DNA of 64,000 bases, taken from the NCBI GenBank assembly GCA_963706465.1, contig CAVPMC010000008.1:30403-94402 (forward strand). Direction: 5' to 3'. The stretch's first letter is position 1. The number at the start of each line of letters is the position of its first letter. The translations under genes and the position numbers were made by a program. The stretch comes from Terriglobales bacterium. GTDB lineage: Bacteria > Acidobacteriota > Terriglobia > Terriglobales > Acidobacteriaceae. The notes below the pieces were generated by a model. That model had not been told where the DNA came from and made no database searches. It saw only the letters and a list, made by a program, of their open reading frames with translations. Positions 56,388-64,000 of the stretch are shown in pieces.

Positions 56388-58212
56388 TAGCTCTCCCCAC
56401 AGTTGCGTCCGGCGACCGACCAGCATTTTGCAGCTTGTCTGCATGGTTCGGCAGTTCAATCACAAATGTTGTCCCGCGTCCGGGCTCGCTTCGGACACTG
56501 ATCGTGCCCCCGTGATCGCTGATCACGGACTGAACGATTGCCAGCCCCAGTCCCGTGCCGTGCGGTTTGCTCGTGTAGTAGGGAGTGAATAAGCGGGCAC
56601 ACTCCTCGGTCGTGAGGCCGGTTCCTGTATCCGAGACTTCAACATAGCTGCGGCCGCTGTTCTGGCGAGTGCGCAGCGTCAGCCTGCCGCCTTGAGGCAT
56701 GGCATCCATTGCATTCAGAACTAGATTTGAGAGGGCGCGGTGCAGCAGGTCGGGATCGGCGGCAATTGATTCCATAGGCTCGGCGCATTCCATTTTACAT
56801 TCAATCGGCGCGCGCTCTGGAGCATGGAGTTGCGCCTGAAACAGCCGGTCTACATTCCGCACAACTTCATTGAGTTGTACGGGCTGGCACTGGGGCTGAG
56901 GCATCCGGGAGAATTCGCTGAAGCGCGAGATGACGGCTTTCAGATTCGCGATCTCCGCCAACATGGTGGAGGAACTCTCCTGGAAAATTTCTTCGAACTG
57001 CTGAGGGCTTTGTTGCCGCGCCCGCAGCAGGTTCTCGACGGTTAACTGCAAAGGGAAAAGAGGGTTCTTCAGTTCGTGCGCCAGGCGGCGAGCCAACTCG
57101 CGCCACGCGGCGACACGTTCCGCCTGCACGAGATGCTCTTTTTGCGCCAGCAGTTCGCGAGTCATTCGGTTGAACGATTCCGCCAGTTCACCCAGTTCGT
57201 CAGACGAGGTAATCGCGACTTGAGCGTTCCAGTTGCCGGCGGCGACTTCACGGGCGGCGCGCGCCAGTTGCTCCACGGGTTGCGTGACGCGGCCAGCCGC
57301 CCAACCGCTGAGCAGAATCGCCAGTAAAATTCCGGCGGCGCCTGACAGCAGCGCAGCGGAGCGGATGCGCTGGCGAAGCTCAACATAAGGACGGCGCGAG
57401 TTGCCGACCAGCAGGACACCGAGCAGTTGGCCATCCCCACCGCTGAGCGGAATGGCATCGATGGTTTCGTCATCGGCCGCGTTCAGGGACCAATGCACCA
57501 ATGTCGTGATTTCCCGCTGCTGTTGTTGGATCTGCTGAATGATTGGCGCAATTGGCTCTGCCGCCCGCACCGCGCCTGAATTGTCAATCAAGAACTGGGA
57601 AGAAAAGCCAGTTTCCAGATTCTGGTAGAACATGGCTCGCATTCCGGCCGGAAGTTCCAGGCCGGCCAGGAACCCTTTATCAATTCGACGGCCTCCGATC
57701 ACGAAAAGCGGCTTATCTCCCAAGCGCACGCGTCTGACCGCAAATAGTCCCAGCGCCGCTCCATCCGGCAACTCCTCTTGCTTAAGGAATGCATCGTTAG
57801 AAACTGTGGAAATAAGGTTCAGCGCTTCTTTGTAGCCAAACTTGGCCGGCCATTGTGCGGACGAAATGATCGTACCCTGGCTGTCGACGAACTCCAGAAA
57901 ATCAAGTTGTTGATTGTCAGCTACAGTCCTGGCCTCGTTGAGATATGCGCCGTAGTCCGGAGCGCCATGGCTCAAGGTGAGAGCTATGCGGGTTGTGGCT
58001 TCGCTACCCGCAATGCTCTCCACGCGATGCGCGACTTCCTCTGCGCGACGATTGAACTCGTGGCGGAATTGCGCAACCAATGCCGCCGTGCGCTCTTCAT
58101 TCGCCTTTTCGAAAGCCCTCCGGGTCAACGAGGAGATACTCCAGGCAACCGCCACCACTGACACTAGAACCGTGGCGGCGAATACTGCCAGAAGTTTGCG
58201 CCGGAACTTCAT
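56377..58212 (-). CDS. Sensor histidine kinase (periplasmic domain, HAMP, HisKA, HATPase_c)
   Basis: Two TM segments, a HAMP domain (VEQLARAAREVAAGNW), the HELKNPLFPL H-box and GTGLGLAIVQSVISDHGG. The start overlaps the upstream stop (ATGA at 58209-58212). Confidence 0.85.
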   Translation of the reverse strand: MKFRRKLLAVFAATVLVSVVAVAWSISSLTRRAFEKANEERTAALVAQFRHEFNRRAEEVAHRVESIAGSEATTRIALTLSHGAPDYGAYLNEARTVADNQQLDFLEFVDSQGTIISSAQWPAKFGYKEALNLISTVSNDAFLKQEELPDGAALGLFAVRRVRLGDKPLFVIGGRRIDKGFLAGLELPAGMRAMFYQNLETGFSSQFLIDNSGAVRAAEPIAPIIQQIQQQQREITTLVHWSLNAADDETIDAIPLSGGDGQLLGVLLVGNSRRPYVELRQRIRSAALLSGAAGILLAILLSGWAAGRVTQPVEQLARAAREVAAGNWNAQVAITSSDELGELAESFNRMTRELLAQKEHLVQAERVAAWRELARRLAHELKNPLFPLQLTVENLLRARQQSPQQFEEIFQESSSTMLAEIANLKAVISRFSEFSRMPQPQCQPVQLNEVVRNVDRLFQAQLHAPERAPIECKMECAEPMESIAADPDLLHRALSNLVLNAMDAMPQGGRLTLRTRQNSGRSYVEVSDTGTGLTTEECARLFTPYYTSKPHGTGLGLAIVQSVISDHGGTISVRSEPGRGTTFVIELPNHADKLQNAGRSPDATVGRASAI

Positions 58213-59576
58213 GGTTTAGCCGCGGCCAGCCAGGCGTTCTGAGCATGCCAGCGCCCGTCGCGGGTTAGGCTCCAATCCTTCACGGTATCAGACAGTGCAT
58301 ACGACACGCGTAGATGCAGCAATGGGATGACGCGCTGAGACTGCAGCAGTTTGTTCTCTGCGTTATAAAGATCGTCGACCGAACCGGAAGCAAATTTCGG
58401 TTGCGTAAGTCCAAACTCCTCGGCCAGATCTCCGACAGCGATCTGCGCATCGAGTGAGATTAAGGGAACGCGGGCAATCCGCACATCCGCGTTTTTCGCG
58501 CTCGTGATCTGCAAACCTAATCCAGCATCGCGGGCATTGAGCACGATTCGCTCAGCGATCACGCGCTCCACGGGATCGTTAGCGTCATAACCCAGGTTCC
58601 ATGAAGTAGTATGCGGGATTCCGCTCCGCACCTGGCGCGCAAGGTCCAAATTAATAGCCGCCGGAAACAGAAACCCGTAGCCGCTCATCCAATTCGGCAA
58701 AAGGCCGCCGGTCGGTTCGCCGCCACCTTGGAGCACGACGGCACTCAACAAATCGCGATCGATGCCGAGTGCGAGAGCCTGACGTTGCCTTCCATCCTCG
58801 GGCGATTGCACCTGCCGATCGAAGACTAATGCAACCAATTCGACCGGACCTGAACTCTGCACCCGGCGTCCTTCCGCGGCTGCGCGATGCGCTTGTTCCG
58901 GCGCAACCTCGATCGCCTGTGTTTTTCCCAGATCGAACGAAATCAACTGCTCGCGAAAACTCTTTCCCATGTCGATTTCGATTCCATCCAGAAAAGCTCG
59001 AGCACCCCAATAGTCATCGCGCGCCGCCAGCGAAAGTTCTCTGCCCGGGTCCCAAGCGGAGATGGCAAAGGGCCCCGTACCAAAAAGCTTTGCCCCATCG
59101 CGCTTAACTATACTGTTGCGCAGCATCGTCAGTTCAGCGGGAAGGTCGGTAGCGGGCGAATCGCGCTCTATGACAACCGCTTCTCCATCTGAAAATACTT
59201 TCCAGGTTGGATTTGTCCTTCGCAGTGACGCAGCGACTGCGTCCGGCGTAACCGGCGTTCCGTCCTGAAAAGTAACTCCGTGACGCAGAAAAAATTGCCA
59301 ACGTTGGTCACCAGGTTCGGATTGCCATGCAGTGGCCAACGCTGGTTCAGGCTTGCCCTGGTCGCCCAAGGAGACCATGGTGTCGAATACTAAACTAAAA
59401 AGATTGCGCGATTCGAACCAGTCCGGTTGACTCAAATCGGCCGGGTCCAGGGACGTGGGCGCGGCCCGCATCTGCACATGCAACGTCCCACCATAGCGTG
59501 GACGCGCAGCAGCGCTGGCGCTCAGAGCGCAAAGCAGGCTACTGGCTGCAAGTAATCGAAAGCCGGTAAGCCTCAT
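58209..59576 (-). CDS. Solute-binding protein, family 5 (peptide/nickel type) with no adjacent ABC permease or ATPase
   Basis: Signal peptide MRLTGFRLLAASSLLCALSASAAA, then RPRYGGTLHVQMRAAPTSLDPA..., which is typical of the SBP_bac_5 N-terminus. Confidence 0.7.
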   Translation of the reverse strand: MRLTGFRLLAASSLLCALSASAAARPRYGGTLHVQMRAAPTSLDPADLSQPDWFESRNLFSLVFDTMVSLGDQGKPEPALATAWQSEPGDQRWQFFLRHGVTFQDGTPVTPDAVAASLRRTNPTWKVFSDGEAVVIERDSPATDLPAELTMLRNSIVKRDGAKLFGTGPFAISAWDPGRELSLAARDDYWGARAFLDGIEIDMGKSFREQLISFDLGKTQAIEVAPEQAHRAAAEGRRVQSSGPVELVALVFDRQVQSPEDGRQRQALALGIDRDLLSAVVLQGGGEPTGGLLPNWMSGYGFLFPAAINLDLARQVRSGIPHTTSWNLGYDANDPVERVIAERIVLNARDAGLGLQITSAKNADVRIARVPLISLDAQIAVGDLAEEFGLTQPKFASGSVDDLYNAENKLLQSQRVIPLLHLRVSYALSDTVKDWSLTRDGRWHAQNAWLAAAKP

Positions 59577-60759
59577 ACTTCTCCGTTTCTGAATTCTGTG
59601 AAACTGCGATGGCCCCGGTTCCGTCCCACTCGGTCCAAAGCGCCGTCAGTCCCCCATTAAACTCCGCGGGCTGGCTTACGGCGACGGGTTCGCGATCCGC
59701 CATTTCGAAAGCCGTGACCGCCTCGGAGATGTCTTCAGCGTTGCCAGTAGCCAGGACTTGCCAGCCCATTCCGCAGCCACTGTGTATGCTCGCGATGTCG
59801 CTACCCCAAGCCGGTTTTGCCACCGCTTGATCCGTAATTCCATCCAACAAGTGAACCTGCCCGTCGACGGTAGTAAAAATCCACAGGTTGTATTTTTCTC
59901 TGGGCAGCACTGCAGCCGAATAAAATGCCTTCACCGTGGTTTGTTTCACGATCCCCGGCGAAAGCGCTCCGGTAAAAAAGTTTCTTGAGGGGGCGAAGAA
60001 CGCCCTTAATCCTGGCTCATTTATTCCCAGGGGCCAGGGATCATCGCTCTGATAGCAGTTCAGCGCCAGGGGAGCAGTGGCGGAACTTCGACAGAATGTC
60101 CCCGGCAAATATGCTTCCAACAGATGATCCTTCCGCAATACTAATCTGCCCCGCAAATCACGCGGCCAAGGACGCGGATGGATTAACGGAAGCGATCCCT
60201 CCTGCTGCCAACGGCCATCCTGAAACTTAAAGAGTGCGACGCTCTCCGGTTGGAGCACGATCATGTGCTGCGGGCTGCCGTTAATCACAGCGACGTCGAG
60301 GATGGGAGTCTCGTCGATCCATAGCAGCGCCTTGCGAATGGTGAGCGCTGCCGCGGGATGCTCGACCGCAGCTGGAGTTGACCTTGGCGTGGCAACCATC
60401 ACGACTGCAGTTTCGTTTGCTCCCTGGCGGATCTCGGCGACCCAGACGTAATTCTGCAGATTTTCAGAAAAAGTGATCTGCGCCGCGGCTGCGGCTTGAT
60501 CTGCATTTACCAAGCGAATTCCGAGAGCGGCAAGTTCAGTCACGAGCCCGCGACGAACCTCTTCGACTTCCAAGTGCGATAGCGAAGACTTGTTTACAAC
60601 GTCCAGCGACACAACCCCCGGACCTGTAGCCGCCGCAATCTTCCGCGCCAGTTGCTCTTCGGGCTGGCGCCAGTCGCTGGCCGGAAGTATTGAAGCACGC
60701 ATCAACATCAGCACGAGAAAACAGGCGGCGCGTTGAAACTGTGATAACGGAGCACGCAT
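59539..60759 (-). CDS. Secreted hypothetical protein
   Basis: Open frame to 60831. MRAPLSQFQRAACFLVLMLMRASILPA from ATG 60759 looks like a signal peptide. I recognise no family. It overlaps the SBP start by 38 nt. Confidence 0.5.
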   Translation of the reverse strand: MRAPLSQFQRAACFLVLMLMRASILPASDWRQPEEQLARKIAAATGPGVVSLDVVNKSSLSHLEVEEVRRGLVTELAALGIRLVNADQAAAAAQITFSENLQNYVWVAEIRQGANETAVVMVATPRSTPAAVEHPAAALTIRKALLWIDETPILDVAVINGSPQHMIVLQPESVALFKFQDGRWQQEGSLPLIHPRPWPRDLRGRLVLRKDHLLEAYLPGTFCRSSATAPLALNCYQSDDPWPLGINEPGLRAFFAPSRNFFTGALSPGIVKQTTVKAFYSAAVLPREKYNLWIFTTVDGQVHLLDGITDQAVAKPAWGSDIASIHSGCGMGWQVLATGNAEDISEAVTAFEMADREPVAVSQPAEFNGGLTALWTEWDGTGAIAVSQNSETEKYEAYRLSITCSQ

Positions 60760-60845
60760 GTGCAGGATGCGCGCATTATAAACCGCATTGCCGTTGGCTC
60801 TCCGCATATGCCCTGTACTGATTGTAGACACCGATCTCTGCGTAC

Positions 60846-62162
60846 TTACTTCTGCTGGTCGGGTTCATCTGCCTGACTGGCGTGGTTCGCCACGCTCATG
60901 CTGCGCAGTACGTCATTCGCGAAAAAGAACTTTCCGTCAGCCGGCACCATCATGATCTGCAGCTTGTCGGAGAGCCTCTCGGCAACGATCTTGTTAATCA
61001 GCAGCGGATTTTGTTTTAGAATCGCGCCTTCGCTCTGCATGCGCACCGCATCTGCCGCCGCAGTCACGCGGATGCGGTCGGCCTCCGCTTCCGCCAGCAA
61101 CTTGCGTCGCTCCATTTCAGCTTTGCTGTCGATCACCTTCGCCTCCGCCTGGGCCTCCGCATTCTTCACCGTGGTTTCCTTGCGGGCTTCGGCCTCCAGT
61201 TTCGACTGTTCGATTTGCTTCTGTTTGAGCGGTAACGTATATTGCATCGCGTCGGCCTCGGCCTTTGCCTGCAAGACGTGCACCTGGGCTTCTCCCTCGG
61301 CCTGCTTTACCTGCTGAGCCTTTGTGGCCTCGGCTTCGAGTTCGGAAATCCTTACCTGCTTTTGCTGGATGTCCGTCTGCACGCCCATGCGATCACTCTC
61401 TTGTTCTTTCAGCAACAGGCTCTCCAAGCCTTTCGCGTATTCAGGCGGCAATTGGATATCGCGCAGCATCACTTCCTTAACCATGATTCCGTCCGCAGCC
61501 AGCTTCTGCGTTATGACGTCCGACGCGTGCTTGCGTACTTCTTCCCGCTTCCCGGCGAATACATCCCGGACGGTGTAGTTAGGCACAAGTTCACGCCATG
61601 CACTCGCGACCACGGCGGGCACGATTTCTGTTTCGACAGGCTGAGGCAAATTGCTCTGAATGTAATCGAGGTGCTTGGCATCCAATCGGTACCGCACCGT
61701 GATGGACAGGCCAAGGGTGAGCCCCTCTTTAGCTTGCACGTTCAGGGGCTCCGACCTTTTCCCGGCATTGATGTTGCCTGTATTCTCCAAAGCGCCCGTG
61801 GTGAATAACTGATCGCGAGTGTCGAACAGGGCGATATTTTCCGCGAACGGCACCACCAAATGCACTCCAGGATATAGTGTGCCGGGCAGCGTCCCGCTCG
61901 ACTGGCTGATCCGGACTGCAGCCATGCCGCTGGGCACAACGACAATTGCCAGAGCCAGCGCGATCGGTCCCCACGCCACCAAGGCCACTGCCAGCGAGCT
62001 TCGCCAGCGTACATGCGGGACCGAGGACGCCGACTCAGTTCCGGCCACGGCCAGCGCCTGCCGATAGTTCATCTGCAGATAAATGTCGTAGGCGAGAATT
62101 CCCGCACCCCCTGTGATCATCCCGATGCCGCCCAACATCAGCAGATATTTTAAGAACAACAT
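60846..62162 (-). CDS. SPFH/band-7 (prohibitin/HflKC-like) membrane protein with long coiled-coil tail
   Basis: N-terminal TM segments, an SPFH core (...VHLVVPFAENIALFDTRDQ..., EVMLRDIQLPPEYAKGLE) and an E/A/K/Q-rich C-terminal coiled coil. GGAGGAAG lies before the ATG. Confidence 0.8.
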   Translation of the reverse strand: MLFLKYLLMLGGIGMITGGAGILAYDIYLQMNYRQALAVAGTESASSVPHVRWRSSLAVALVAWGPIALALAIVVVPSGMAAVRISQSSGTLPGTLYPGVHLVVPFAENIALFDTRDQLFTTGALENTGNINAGKRSEPLNVQAKEGLTLGLSITVRYRLDAKHLDYIQSNLPQPVETEIVPAVVASAWRELVPNYTVRDVFAGKREEVRKHASDVITQKLAADGIMVKEVMLRDIQLPPEYAKGLESLLLKEQESDRMGVQTDIQQKQVRISELEAEATKAQQVKQAEGEAQVHVLQAKAEADAMQYTLPLKQKQIEQSKLEAEARKETTVKNAEAQAEAKVIDSKAEMERRKLLAEAEADRIRVTAAADAVRMQSEGAILKQNPLLINKIVAERLSDKLQIMMVPADGKFFFANDVLRSMSVANHASQADEPDQQK

Positions 62163-62180
62163 ACTTCCTCCTCGCGCGCG

Positions 62181-62333
62181 TCAGCGCTCCTGCCCGGACT
62201 CGACATGCACCGCTGGCCGGACAAAGAACAGGCCAAATACCTTTCCGAAAATCCACTCTTCCACCAGAATTGCGATGGCCAGGGAAAAAGCCATCCCGGC
62301 TGTCACTGTGAAGGCGGTCATTAAAGTTTGCAT
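62181..62333 (-). CDS. Possible 50-aa single-pass membrane peptide upstream of the SPFH gene
   Basis: My translation is MQTLMTAFTVTAGMAFSLAIAILVEEWIFGKVFGLFFVRPAVHVESGQER*. It is below the ORF-track size cut-off and ends 18 nt before the SPFH start. Confidence 0.3.
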   Translation of the reverse strand: MQTLMTAFTVTAGMAFSLAIAILVEEWIFGKVFGLFFVRPAVHVESGQER

Positions 62334-62537
62334 TTGCGGCCCCCTTGTCCTGCGTGTTACGCCAAAGGGGATAGCAGTCTGGCGACCAGTTTCTATGTTG
62401 TTTGAGTTGAGCTAGTTAAAGCAGACCGAAGTTGGCAGGATGGTGTTGGCCCACGCACAGTGTGTGGGTTCGAACACATAGGTTGAGGCTGGATGCTGTT
62501 GTTGCGCGGGCCGAGCGAGGCCGCCCAGCCGCCATCG

Positions 62538-63443
62538 TTAGGCAAGCACAGCGTTCGAACGTGATTCTTCGACCAGTGGCTCGGCCGTCTCCCTGACATA
62601 AAAGGCGACTGCAGTGGCGCGCTGCCAGAAACGGGTGGCGAGGAGCATGAAAAGAGTTGCTTCGCCGACGATGAATGCCCCCAGAACACTACTTGGAGGA
62701 ACGATGGCATACCATAGCAGGATTCCGGCTACCAGAATCGACAGTGCTACGACGGCGATTACGACATAGCTTGCGAACAGCCGTCCGAAATTGCGCCGCG
62801 TTCTGCGAAACCCGGACGCAATTGATTTGCGCACTGCGCGCTGGTCTCGCAGGACCACGTCTGTCTGAGCAAGGTCAAACCAGATTCGCAGAACCGTCAG
62901 CACCAGAAGAATGACTATTGTTCCGGCGAGTTGGATAAAGAAGGGCAGCCTTTCATTAGAAGTCTTATCCGCAGCGTCAGCTAGCGCGTTCATCGCGGCG
63001 AATAAAATACCGCCGAGGATGCCCGCAATCACAGTGAAGAACAAAAACAGACGCACGAATCGCCAGATATTCCGCCCGCAGGCGCGATAAAACTCATCGC
63101 GCGGAAGCCGGTGATCCGACGCGTAGCCCAACAGAACGCCTGGCATGAAGAGCAAGCTGGCGAAAAAGAATACGACTGTAAACATCATCGCAGGATGCGT
63201 AGCGGCAGGGAACGCTCCAAACTCCGGACGCGCCAGCAATTCGATGAACACTGCCAAGTTGAATCCATGAAGCAGTCTGTCGGCGTAGAGGCTGTGGTCC
63301 AGAATGCCGTGTGCCTGATCGCTGAAGGCGGATGCGCCGAAGTGGGCAAATATTAAATTCAGCAGGTAAAACCAGACGATATAACGCTTGTTACGACGCG
63401 CGATGCTTGCTCCCGCGAAAACCAAATGTGTGTTCTCGTTCAT
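62538..63443 (-). CDS. Multi-pass integral membrane protein (hypothetical)
   Basis: 301 aa with about six hydrophobic helices. I recognise no family. Confidence 0.55.
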   Translation of the reverse strand: MNENTHLVFAGASIARRNKRYIVWFYLLNLIFAHFGASAFSDQAHGILDHSLYADRLLHGFNLAVFIELLARPEFGAFPAATHPAMMFTVVFFFASLLFMPGVLLGYASDHRLPRDEFYRACGRNIWRFVRLFLFFTVIAGILGGILFAAMNALADAADKTSNERLPFFIQLAGTIVILLVLTVLRIWFDLAQTDVVLRDQRAVRKSIASGFRRTRRNFGRLFASYVVIAVVALSILVAGILLWYAIVPPSSVLGAFIVGEATLFMLLATRFWQRATAVAFYVRETAEPLVEESRSNAVLA

Positions 63444-63453
63444 GGAATCCCTT

Positions 63454-64000
63454 TTATACGAACCACCACGCCAATAGCTGCGCGCAGAACTGGCTGATGC
63501 AGGTCCAGTAATTAGCCAGTTTGCGTGCCGGGGCGCTGTTCACTTCCTCAATATGGCTGTTATTAAATTTGTTGCGATCCAATTGAAGGTTGTGGTCGGG
63601 ATCGACTTCGACCGATTCCAGTTTCGCCTTCTTTTGGTACGCGTACCTCACCCAGCGGTCCTGCCCATCCCAGTGCTCACGCACCTTGTCGCCGTTATCG
63701 AACTTGACCTCGACGTCAACCGGAATAACAAACTCTCCCTTGCGATGAATCCACACATTGGAGATGTACTCGGTCACGCCTCTCTTCTCTTTCAGGTTCT
63801 CTTTATACCAATCCACTGGCACAGAGGTGATCTTCAGCACCTCGTAATCCAGCACCTGCGTGCCATAGACCGCCTGATTGAAATACCAGCGCAAGTCTTT
63901 GCCCGATGATTCTTCAATCGTTTTCAGGAAGTCTTCCTTCGTGGGATGCGTGAAGCGGTAGCGCAAGAAATACGTATGCATGGCGCGGCGCATGGTATCT
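63454..64000 (-). CDS. M1-family metallopeptidase, C-terminal part (5' end outside the window)
   Basis: The frame is open to the window edge. (D)TMRRAMHTYFLRYRFTHPTKEDFLKTIEESSGKDLRWYFNQAVYGT matches the post-catalytic region of M1 aminopeptidases. Confidence 0.6.
   Translation of the reverse strand, partial: DTMRRAMHTYFLRYRFTHPTKEDFLKTIEESSGKDLRWYFNQAVYGTQVLDYEVLKITSVPVDWYKENLKEKRGVTEYISNVWIHRKGEFVIPVDVEVKFDNGDKVREHWDGQDRWVRYAYQKKAKLESVEVDPDHNLQLDRNKFNNSHIEEVNSAPARKLANYWTCISQFCAQLLAWWFV

Noticed and set aside
55510-56592. 360-aa plus-strand ORF across the response regulator/kinase junction
   Set aside because: It is antisense to two genes with clear REC/AAA+ and HATPase motifs, and its composition is low-complexity and Ser/Arg-rich.
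62465-62495. tRNA-like T-loop string GGGTTCGAACAC
   Set aside because: The flanking sequence does not form a T-stem, acceptor or anticodon arm.

Overview
This is a high-GC bacterial chromosomal segment. The gene content points to Acidobacteriota: a PadR regulator translationally coupled to a duplicated orphan MacB/FtsX-type permease, a CarboxypepD_reg-type TonB-dependent receptor, and many secreted DinB, NTF2 and BNR proteins. That assignment is an inference from family content, not a database search.

Layout:
- 1-9.5 kb: accessory-looking stretch. It holds a PhzF gene, a trans-sulfuration PLP enzyme, an ArsR regulator, small secreted or membrane proteins, and several gene remnants.
- 9.8-14.7 kb: an ECF sigma / anti-sigma / zinc-ribbon membrane protein operon, then the PadR-permease pair.
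- 14.9-15.7 kb: an internally deleted xth gene and an integrase remnant.
- 16.0-28.1 kb: a ~12 kb integrative element inserted in the initiator tRNA-Met gene and bounded by a perfect 53-bp direct repeat. It carries a tyrosine integrase, a two-tyrosine HUH rolling-circle Rep, an excisionase-type HTH protein, an XRE regulator, several ORFs of unknown family, an IS110 remnant and large secreted repeat proteins.
- 28.2-31.7 kb: a lipoprotein peroxiredoxin with TGA at the catalytic Cys codon, an acyl-CoA synthetase and a secreted protein.
- 32.6-41.4 kb: a LysR regulator and a leuA-leuB-leuCD cluster interleaved with two secreted proteins.
- 41.5-51.7 kb: a kinase-like/TonB-C fusion next to a TonB-dependent receptor, a hydrolase, a DUF5996-like protein and egtB-egtD.
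- 51.7-64 kb: a BNR/sortilin protein, an operon ending in a histidine kinase and a sigma-54 response regulator, membrane proteins and a partial M1 peptidase.

I saw no rRNA genes and no CRISPR array. At least five genes carry 1-nt frameshifts in G/C runs, including leuA. Pseudogene calls may therefore partly reflect sequence errors.
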